Positions 50,501 to 60,711 of a stretch of 64,000 nucleotides of DNA are shown here, one piece after another. The translations under genes and the position numbers were made by a program. Each line of letters begins with the position of its first letter. Within the stretch, counting starts at the first letter, position 1. The notes below the pieces were generated by a model. It searched no databases and was not told where the DNA came from. It was given only the letters and a program-made list of their open reading frames with translations. The DNA comes from Lingula anatina (taxonomy: Eukaryota > Animalia > Brachiopoda), in the NCBI GenBank assembly GCA_051362555.1, contig CM120640.1, forward strand, positions 68,054,788 through 68,118,787, read 5' to 3'.

Positions 50501-52366
50501 TATATTTTAGAATTAGTTTTGTTTACACAGTACCTTTAATTGATTTTGTAAAGGCCGCAATTGTTGTTAAAATTTTGATTTCTTTAACGTGGCAAGTTCC
50601 ATTTAATGATTCACACTAAAGTGATCTTCTACATTTAAATATGCAATTTTTCAAGGGAAAATCAGCTGATCTTGGGGCTCATAGGAAAGAAGCTGTTTGC
50701 TCCCATTTGGAATTGCACAGTAAATGTTGCGAGAAAAAACACAAGGAAACCAAGGTAAAGACATATCTATGTATATCATATATATATCAGATAAATCATA
50801 TTACATAAAATCACTGCCTTCCGGAATTATTGTTGCAGGCATAATTTTAGCACAATTTAAATTGGGAATCAGACATTTTTGCTTGTTGATTTTCTACCTG
50901 AAGTGCCTTCTGATTATCTGTCATAAGTCCACCTTGTCATTTGTTCCCTTTTAATCATGTAATCCAAAATCTTGTCTGTTGTTGGTGATACAACTTATTA
51001 TTTCCATTGTAGACATCCCTATTTTCAATAAGAACTGACCTTGACTCTGTCAAAAGTACTGTTGACTCTCTACAGAAACAGAATTCTGTCACAAAGGGAA
51101 TACTTGATGAAATGAGAAACACAAGTTATTCAGTTAATAACAACACAAGTCCAGCAGTTTCATCTGGTTAGTATAACTGTTAATAAATTTTGACTCCCTT
51201 TTAAAGGAAATTAGAATTGTGTTGGAGAAAAAAACATGAAACTTATGGTTCCTTTAGATACAGTTTTGACTTCATGTATGTATATTCTCTTGTTATTTTT
51301 AGTTATTTTAACTGGCAAGTTAGTGATTTCCAAATATGGGTAAGATATTAGAATGTTATAAAGTCATACTTACCTGTTCTTTTTTGAATAGCATTTCATC
51401 CATTCCCTACCCCTGAAAGTCAGCATGAAATAGAAACCACCGGGACTCCAGCAGCTTCAAAGAAACCTGTGGCTGGAAAGAAAACTCAACTTTTTAAACC
51501 AGCCCTGAAGAATGTGCTGACTCTGTCCAATATGACTGGTAAATATTATATGTTTCTATGAATTGGTTTGTGTGAGATGCAACATGAAAGAGATACAACA
51601 TGTAGGCGGAAAAAGTCGAGTCATAATTTTTTAAACATGAAATTTGTAATTGTAGAAATATGAACTCAACAGTGATATTAGAAGAGAAATGTAAGACGTT
51701 ATATGGCAAACACATAGTGCATGCAATTTTTTTCATCATTTTGAAAGCGATTTAGAAAATTTTAGATACTTACATACTTAATACTCTTTATCAGTGCCCA
51801 TTATATTTCTATTTATTGCAGGCAATGTGGTAGTTGGAAAAAACATTACATTTGGTGAAAAGGACAAAGTAATGCAAGATGAGATATTGATTGATAACAC
51901 TGGCGAGGAGGAATGTTTTCAATGGGATGTGTACCCAGTGACAAATTATCTCGGTGCAGTTCGTAAAAATCTTGTGGAGTCAATTATTAGTCCAGTTTTC
52001 TATACCAATAACAAATCTGGGTACAAAATGCAGCTGCAGATGTACTTGAATGGGGATGGTGAGGAAAGCAGGGGGTTTGTGTCTCTCTTCTTTGTTCTGC
52101 TGCCAGTAATTAATGATGGTAAGCTTGACTGGCCTTTCAAGCAGAATGTGACCATTAAGATTTTGGACCAGAGTGACCAGAAACGCCATATTGTATACGA
52201 ACTGCAATATGACCCTGATACCGAGATTGAAAACCCAATCCCCACTGAGGATTCATTTGTAGCTTATGGTGTGCCCAAGTTTGTTAGATATGAGTTTCTT
52301 GAAAAGAAACAATATTTATATATTTCTCATGATAGAATAAGAGTAGAAGTTCAAGTATCTGACTAG
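47587..52366 (+). CDS. CARD + TRAF-type zinc fingers + coiled coil + RHIM-like motif + MATH/TRAF-C domain protein (10 coding exons, about 573 aa, no RING)
   Basis: Exons 47587-47875, 48238-48285, 48515-48657, 49120-49269, 49567-49635, 50207-50284, 50656-50754, 51013-51166, 51392-51538 and 51822-52366 join in one frame (1722 nt, all GT-AG). CARD: ILKKNQVYLVEEL...HLLEEGILT...TRRERSEWLINHL...RALIKEGQEHVADKL. Fingers: CKYHDKGC...CAYRPQQCPHC...HVTTC...CPVC...EH...CHFVLVGC...H...SHL. TRAF-C: SPVFYT...GYKMQLQMYLNGDG...VSLFF...LDWPFKQNVTIKILDQ...YGVPKF. Confidence 0.88.
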
Positions 52367-53789
52367 TTTAACAACAAGATGCATGTTTGGCAAGTCCATT
52401 GCCATGTTTGTGTTGTAGGAAGATACTGTATATGATCATTCATATTTGTCTTATTTTATTCATTTTATTAATTTTTTTCATTTATTTACTGTTGTAGCTC
52501 ATATTATTTTTTATCATTTATTTTGAAATTTTTAGGTGGTGGAAGTTCTAGTCTTTAACTCTATAGATAATAAGAAATTTTGTTCTTTATAGCCTGGTTT
52601 TGGGCTGATTTCACACCTGTGATTAAGTCTTAATTCTGCCTTTGATCTTGTTTTGAATTAAGGTGAGTTATTTGTATGGCAACCCATATGGAGAAACCAG
52701 GTTTTGATTTTGATGTAAACTTGTCCTCATGAATAAACAAACTTAAACCCACTTGTGAAGTCAACCCTGAACAGTTCAGTGAAAAATTCTTTTGTGTATA
52801 TTTAAGAACTACATATTGCATGGATGAACTATTTTTGAAGTTTAACCATTTATTCCAAAGTGTTTGTTACAGATATACAAACTTTGTAGATGTGTATTTA
52901 AAGTGAATGTATTAACTTATGTTCACAGAGGAGACAAGGTGTCGTTCATGCTGAACATTGTCTGAAGGTTTAACCATCTTCAGTTGATAATGTGTTCTAG
53001 TTCTAGCAAATTCTACACTTTGTAATCATAAGGTGCAAGTATTATCAGCGCTTGATTATTGATGTGCAGTCTTTAGTGGCTAATACGAGACTGGCATTTA
53101 GATAGATGTTCAGATATTATAGTTGCACTTCCATGGTCAAACTTAACTGAAAAGTAGGGAATAAAAGTATCGAATTGCCAATCTTTACCTGACTAAATTG
53201 ATAGAGATTGATAGAAAGATTTCATTATTGGCAGTTGGGAAGTGCAGTGCTAAAGGACTTGTTCAAAAGTATTAAGATAAATGAATATAATTGATATAGG
53301 CTGACAAATGAAGAATTTCATGGACATTTTTTAAATAAATTGGTGGCGAACAGCTTGACGCATTTTGCACATGCCGTGCCTTATTAAGACACGGTCCAAT
53401 CTTCTAGGGACCAATAAACATAGAAGCAATTTATTTTATGATATTTTCTTGGAGATTAATAAGTATGGCAGTACAAACACCATTTTTACTGTTATATTTG
53501 ATTTAGGCACTACTCATTTGATAGCATGGCTGTTTTATTTTCACTTTTGGCAGATTTCAATTTTGAGGTAACATATTGATAAAGTATTTTAGGAATATTA
53601 ACCTTTTGTTATTTTGTCAGATTTGACACATTGTTGTATGACAGTCAGTAATCTGTATTATAATTTATGCTATATTGTAGTTTAAATCATATTCATATGT
53701 ATTTCCCATTTTAATGTATATTGCTTTAGGAGCTTTCTTGACATTGGCAAATTGCATGCATGCTTAAGCTGTGTATATCTTCAGTATAA

Positions 53790-54073
53790 GACCCAATTTC
53801 AATACCTAGATTGATCTAGCAGGATCAACCCTTCTCCAAGGGGATTCAAATTGCGTCCAGATTAAGCGGCTTAGTATGGCACGCCTACTGTAGCTGCTAA
53901 ATGATAATTATCCCCCCCCTCCCCCCCCCCCAAAAAAAAAAAAAAAAAAAAAAAAAAAACAGCTCCAGTAAGCACTCCAGACATCAGAACCATTTAAGCT
54001 GAACGTAATTTAGCAGGAAACCCCTCGGAGATGGGTCGGTCCTGCTAGATCAATCTAGGTATGGAATGGGGTC
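53790..54073. mobile_element. PIF/Harbinger (Tourist)-like MITE
   Basis: About 55-bp imperfect TIRs (ATACCTAGATTGATCTAGCAGGA... and its reverse complement at 54040-54062), with TAA on both flanks. Confidence 0.75.
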
Positions 54074-54383
54074 TAAGACTTAAGTTTGTGTTACTGGAGG
54101 AAAAATGGCACCTAAACTTCTACAGTGTATGGTCTGTGAGTTGCCCATAAATTCAAATTTAAAACCATTTTAAAGGTGACATTTTAAAGGTGATTTGTAG
54201 CATGTAATGCTAAAATGATAATCATCATTTTATATATTTGTAAGAAAAGCTCTTTTATTTTTAAATGAAAATTTTTAGGGAAAACATTATACATTTCATA
54301 CTATTTTAGTAGTAAATGTATTATTAGATTTTTACTTTGCTTGTAGTTGCAATAATAATATTTATATCATGCAACCAGAGTAA

Positions 54384-54605
54384 GAGGCCATTTAGAACAG
54401 AAGATCCAAGGGTCTACAGATCCTCGGATCAAATATGGCAGACCCTACATGAAAGAAGAGCTGGCTAATCCGCTGATGGTCTCCCTGCCTCCACACGGGC
54501 CATTAAACAGGTAAAAGTCAGCGAGTTAGCTCTTCTTTAAGTAGGGTCCATCACTTTTGATCCATGGATCAGTAGATCCTCGGATCATCTGTTCTGAATG
54601 GCCCC
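54384..54605. mobile_element. Harbinger-like foldback MITE
   Basis: GAGGCCATTTAGAACAGAAGATCC... pairs with ...GGATCATCTGTTCTGAATGGCCCC over about 90 bp. Flanks are TAA and TAT. Confidence 0.75.
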
Positions 54606-56940
54606 TATGGAATGTTATCAAAACATTTCCACTGTTAAGACTATTCTCTGTATATAAATTTGCCTTTAAACGGTAGACCAATGTACAGTCACCTATATAA
54701 CTTATTACTTACAATAAATTGTATTATATGTGATAGAGTAGTAGTTACTTTAATAGCTAAAATCATAGTCGCAATAACGAAAATATAACTGTGTTGATCA
54801 TCAAAAGTGAGAAATTAGTTTATTAACCACTACTATACATATTTGATACATGGGGGGGGGGGGGGTATGAATTGTCAGCATATCAGCAGATTGATACGGC
54901 GTGAAATATGAGCATCACACAGATCCACTTAGCCAAATAATAATTATTGAAGATGACATTCATGGTGGGTTTTTCAGTTTGAAACGCCATAGCGTAATGA
55001 TTAGTAAATACTGTGTAACAGGCAGCGAAAATCCGTTAATTGTTTCTCTGCGGCAAAACCCCGCGCACGTCTGTTTAACGATTTATAATCGTTTACCGTA
55101 AGTGGCATGTACTCCTGTTTACCCCGCTCTAAGTTGATCGCTACCTGGATATGTCTGACTTAAATTCATCATTTTCATCATGCTATTTGATAATTAAACT
55201 TAGAACATATGTGAAATTGTGTCGTGAAATCATTTGAGTACAAATAAAAGGATAGAGAGGTGTATCAGTTTCTATCCGCTCGGCTTTAAAAAATTACAAG
55301 GTTAATATTTACATTCACTTCTGCGAAAAGGCGGCAAGTACCGAAACCTTGACAGGTAAAGCTTGCATGAATTCACGTACAGTCGTGAGAAAACAAATGA
55401 GCTGAATAACGTTAACTTTCATTGTAGTTGTGCAATAGAATGCACCTGATTTTTTGTTTTCCGAATCTGAGAAGGCAAACGAAAGTATCCTTGTTTCTGG
55501 GTAGACGCCGATGTCGGCAAACAGCGACAAAGGCTTCAAAAGTACGCGTTTTCGCGCCTTTAAAGAAAATCGACTGTCTCGGAAAGATGGCATCCGAAGG
55601 GGCGCCGGCAAATCAATATACGCAACAGTCGGCTTCGCTAGAAGAAGTTTTTTTTTTTCATAGTGAAAATGAAAATACTTGAGTGCCATATATATTTATT
55701 TAACAATTCATGCTTTCACCTCAAATGCATGTTACATCCTAATAAATTTTCTAAAATACATTTTTTACGAAGTGATAGAAAAGCATGGAGCACTTTATTC
55801 GGTCGAAGCCAATTGAAATCAGCAATATTTACACTGAGAATAGTCCTGCAATAAGAATGGTATTACCAGGTATAATGATATGGGATTCTTTCATTTGGCG
55901 GTTATTAAAGGAACTTCATGAAACGCAAAACTGGTAGCGATCGACTTCTTAAAAATATCTACAAATAGTTACAAGCATATCTAGGTTTCGTTGCCTTGGC
56001 TACCCCTCACACCCTCCTACTTAAAGTGCATCGAATTTGTTAAGAAAAATCAATGTGAAGTATTTTCGACTCGGTCTCAGGTTTTTAATCACATTTCCCC
56101 AAATGTCGTTTTCGGAGGTAAACTGAGCATCTCGTTCCACTTGCCTATCCCAACATAATACATATACATGTACATTAGTCAAGTCTCAGTGAAACCAAGG
56201 ACAAAAGTCACGGGTGTAACCACATGGATACATTTCTTCATTCTCTGTAACACTTTGCTTCCATCGATTGCTTGAAACATCATATATAAATATAGACATA
56301 TTAATACTCGTGTTCTTGATTGTCAGTTTACCCAAATGAAAGTCAAGTCACTCAACGCTTAACTACATTCCCAACAGAAATATCAATAAATGAAGCACTT
56401 ACTTACTCCCCAGTGTCTTCACCCACTCTGCCCTGTAATAACAGATACAAGTCATCATCTATCATCTGATGCCATACATTAACTTTATACGTCTGTAGTG
56501 ACATTGCTCTCCATACATAAATGTATAGAACTAATCTGATGTGTAGTGTACGTCTAGTCTCTTTGGCGATGATGTGATCACCTTGTAGAACCCATGTGTT
56601 CTATTGTAAATTATACAAAATGTATAACAGTGTCAACAAATATAGTTTAGTCTCCGTTTCCAGTTTAAAACAAAGAGATGAAGTGGTTGCTCAATTTGGT
56701 AACTCCTAGCATATTCTCTGTAAATTGTAACAGGCATATATTACATATGATTGTTACCGCACATTGCATGATTTATTTACGATTAATATGTAAACACTCC
56801 AATAAGTTGTATTTCACCGTTTAGTTAAAATATTTTAGTAGTATCTATCCTACATGTAATACATCTGTCAATTATATAAAAAGATTTGTTCATTTACAAA
56901 CTGGTAATGCAAATACCAATTACAGAATGGTAATGCACCA

Positions 56941-57000
56941 ATTATATTATATTATATTATATTATATTATATTATATTATATTATATTATATTATATTAT
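56941..57000 (+). repeat. (ATTAT)12 microsatellite
   Basis: Perfect pentanucleotide run. Confidence 0.95.
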
Positions 57001-57784
57001 ACAAGTTCATGATAATATTTGTACCAGTGCAGAAATGAATTGAATAGAAAGCCACATGATAAGTCACAAGCCGTCAACAAAACGTCTTTACGTTTCATCA
57101 CCATGTGTCAGACCTGGTGCAGACATCGACGATCATGGTTCTTCAGTTTACTCTATTTTCAGTTAATTGGATGAGCTTGTTATTGTACAGTTGTTGATTT
57201 GTTGTATAATGTTCTTTGTCTTTCTCTACTTCTTCTTCCCTCGTTTTCCCACATATATACAACTTTTTATTATTTCTTCAGTTTGAGACCTTATTCCTTT
57301 ATGCAACTGTTTTTTAAAATTATATATTTTGGAACACAATTCATTAATTTGGCATCGCGACGCGGCTTCAATATCGTTTTCTTCTTGTAATAAAACATAA
57401 TCATCGGATATAATATGCTATTGTCAGTTACAGTGTTATCACTTAGATATTTCTAGTCTCCACAGATCAATACTAAGTGCACGTTTTCAACAGTTTAAAA
57501 CCATGGCTCTCCAAAACATGTTTTGTAGCTCTGCATTAAGAATATTTTTTGTGAAATAATAGCAAACCATGCGCTTGCACAAACATTTTAAATAGAAGGG
57601 ATGATCAAAGGAACCATGAAAATTTTTTTTGCAGAACTGATTCCAACCATAAAATGATGTCAGGTGTATGAAAAACATATATTGTCATCAATACTATGAA
57701 CACGCGTTGGTTAGAAAATAATGACACATAAATGTTTCTAAATCTAAAATATTCTATTTGAAAACAAGATTCAAGAAGGTCTAA

Positions 57785-58049
57785 GGCCCCATTCCCATAA
57801 ACACCAGTGATCTACTTCCATAAATCGATCCAACTCGGTGGGAAGTCTTGCTGAGTGCATGCAGTCCAACTGCATGGCACGTCTCCTCCTGGCGTTATGT
57901 TGCATACAGAAAGGTTCGTGCTTATTCGAATTCGTTGGAAACAAAAGGAGGCGTGTCATCCAGTTAAGCTGATTGCTCTCAGCGAGATTCACCGCAGAAA
58001 TGGATCGATCTACATGTGCAAAGACCGATGGTGTCTATTGGGCTGGGCC
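57785..58049. mobile_element. Old Harbinger-like foldback MITE
   Basis: GGCCC...GGGCC termini, TAA on both flanks, and diverged arms of about 100 bp (ATCGATCCA/TGGATCGAT; CACGTCTCCT/AGGAGGCGTG). Confidence 0.7.
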
Positions 58050-58356
58050 TAAAGGTTCTTAACATATGGATTTCAACCTGGCTCTAAATGATATCATTTC
58101 TAATTTGCGTGCCCTTTTCAATTCCTTGTAATGTATACAAAAAATTTCTGTACAAGTTATTTAAAAATATATGCAGACTTTTGATCCAATAAAATCACTG
58201 TCGCGAATATCACGCAACTGGTCATATCATCATCACTTTCCTTAAACTTTGTTCTGACGACATCAGGCACAGTCATATGGAAGAGGAGGACGGAATCTTC
58301 AAATGTCTATTATTATCCATATGATGTTTTATTATACATGTAATAAAAAGTAATTA

Positions 58357-59760
58357 TCATGGTATGTATATATAGGGGTTCTTTGGTGTTGAGGGCGAAC
58401 ACTTTTCCTCGACCTTCTTTTTCTTCCAATTGTATTTCGACTCGGCTACTTCGGACGGCTCTTGCTTCTTTTTCCACTGAAACTTTGTGGCACTCTTTGG
58501 TTTCGTTTTATTTGCCGGAGTTTCATTTGTTGGTGTATGTGCATCAGAGTTATCTTCATTTTTAGTCCTCCGATCCGCCGACGACTCTGAAATGGATTGT
58601 GAGTCTTTGTTTTCATTCTTCTCGTAGTTACCGGACGATAGTTTTGTCAGATCGTTGTTCAGAGCCTGTGAAGCAGCGTACTGACTGAGGGTCGTCCCCT
58701 CGCGCCTCATTGCGCTCCCGAGGTCGCCACTTGGTAACACAGTAAGTTCTAGTTCTGTCTCTTCCTTCGCTTCTTGCCTACAAAACAAGAAAGCAGGGCG
58801 TTATGTTCCCGAAAATCGTCAATTATAAGTATTTAACAAAATCATTTAATCAATAGTTTATCTGAATAATTAATAGTTATTGATTTTTCTTCGTTTTTTA
58901 TATATAGAATCAGTATTTTAGTCCAAATTAAAAATAATTTGACACGGTTACTGTGGCAGCGCACTTTAGGGCCGTTTTCATTGGAGATGGATCGACCTAA
59001 CTTAGAACAACCCATCTCAACTGGTCGTTGATGCAAGTTTCGTGCCGTTAAATTTGTTTCTCTGATTGCGATAAGTTCACCAGATAAATAAATTTAACGG
59101 CAAGAAACTTGCATCAATTATACTGAAGCTGGGTGTGACAACAGAGGGATTAGAACTGCCGCCCGTGGTCAGCTAATCGTAATCACACATCCAACTGGAA
59201 TTGGGTCGTATTGAGTTACATCGAACCAACAACCCCATGGAAGCTCGCCTTAAAGTTGCTGCAATCTTTATCTAAAGCTAAGTAAGCTATGTAAAGTGAG
59301 ATTAGGTTCCAAGGTTGAACTTACTTTTTGCCACAACTGCACCTTTCCTTGAGGCTTTTTTCGCAAATGTTAGTTTCCTTTTTGTAGCAGAGATAGGCAC
59401 CCGTCACAATGAGCATGAATCCTACCACCCCACCCCATAGCTGAAGTTGCTGATAACTGGAAATATACATTCAGGAGTTAAGGGCACAGAATAACTTTGT
59501 TTGATTGTTTTCATTCTATAAACCCCGTGTACGTTCTCTTTAATTTTATGTTAAGCCATTTAAATATATCTTTAACCATGGCAAAACGATGAGTCTTCCT
59601 CGACCTCGTCCAAAATTTACTCACAGTGTTTTCTGTGCCTCGGTCTGGCAGCATGTAAATTCTTCACTCTCCACGCAGCACTCCGGGGTGCTATCTGGGC
59701 ACGTGTACTTATTCCAGTCGAATTCGCCTGCCTCCTCGTCCTTATAACATGTCTTCAAGG
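58357..59760 (-). CDS. Shisa-like / STMC6-type single-pass membrane protein with a six-cysteine ectodomain (last three coding exons; start exon uncertain)
   Basis: Exons 59760-59625, 59456-59325 and 58777-58357 join in frame: LKTCYKD...YTCPDSTPECCVESEEFTCCQTE (C-C-CC-CC), TM LWGGVVGFMLIVTGAYLCY, juxtamembrane Cys/Lys and a disordered tail. A phase-compatible candidate start (MEP, 62087-62078, donor GTAAGA) exists upstream. Confidence 0.75.
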
Positions 59761-60612
59761 CTGAACAGAGGAAAAAGGCTATCAATAATAATAATAATAA
59801 TAATTCATTTCTTAAAATGCGTCTCAGCACTGTTTACAAATGTATAAAAACTTTAACTACACATAAATTTAGAAACTAATATAAAAGTAATTAAAACTGA
59901 AACTAAAAGATATAATTTAACTATAATATTCTTTGAATGAAAAGGTTTTTTAATTCTTTGAAAAACAATAATAAGACTAATTTGATTTGTTGATAAAATT
60001 GGACCATAAAATGGATCAAAATTTTATCAAAATGGGTTTGTTTGTCTGCCTGCCCGTCTGTCTGTTTGACTGTGTTTCTTCTCTATGTCATATTGACTTG
60101 TTCGTCTTTCCATTTTTAACCAAACGACAACACACTCCATAAATTGTGATTTTATCACCAGTGTTGCAATAGGCGAGCATCTGCATTAATTAAATATCAA
60201 TAGCACTGTCAGCATTATGTAACAATTTACGTTATAAGTACACAATGCTGCTGTCATAAGAGTCCAAGCGATTTAACTTTCGACGTATTCAACAACAAGG
60301 AGCTTGAGATAAGAAAACAACTGTTTCTGCGATAAATCCATATCGAGGGCATGAAAAGTTCAGCAAACTAATTACAATAGTCAGACTGGGTTCAGGCGCA
60401 GCTCTGCAGTGTTTTGGCCTAGTGTATTCCGTATTCATGTATACATGTATTCCGTCTACATATAATAAGATAATAAGTAATAAGATAATATGAAAATAAG
60501 CGTCATTGAAACAAACACGGAAATAATTGCATTAAACCGGACTTAAATGTGAGCGAAACTTGGTTATATCGCCATGACTGTAAACGATAGTTTTGAAAAT
60601 TTCAGGCCTATA

Positions 60613-60711
60613 CCCAGATACCACAAAACGTTATTATATCGTTACCATAACGTTTTTTGGTTGTATATAAACGTTACGTTAACGTTATAATAACATTATG
60701 TGTTTACTGGG
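60613..60711. mobile_element. 99-bp MITE with CCCAG termini and a 2-bp TSD (animal EnSpm/CACTA-like)
   Basis: CCCAGATACCACAAAACGTTATTATA...TATAATAACATTATGTGTTTACTGGG with AACGTT subrepeats and TA on both flanks. Confidence 0.7.

Noticed and set aside
59761-59830. Signal-peptide-like stretch VLRRILRNELLLLLLLIAFFLCSA in frame with the six-Cys exon
   Set aside because: It has no ATG (GTG start with an in-frame stop two codons upstream), the Leu run is a (TTA)n microsatellite, and the end is a typical polypyrimidine tract plus CAG acceptor.
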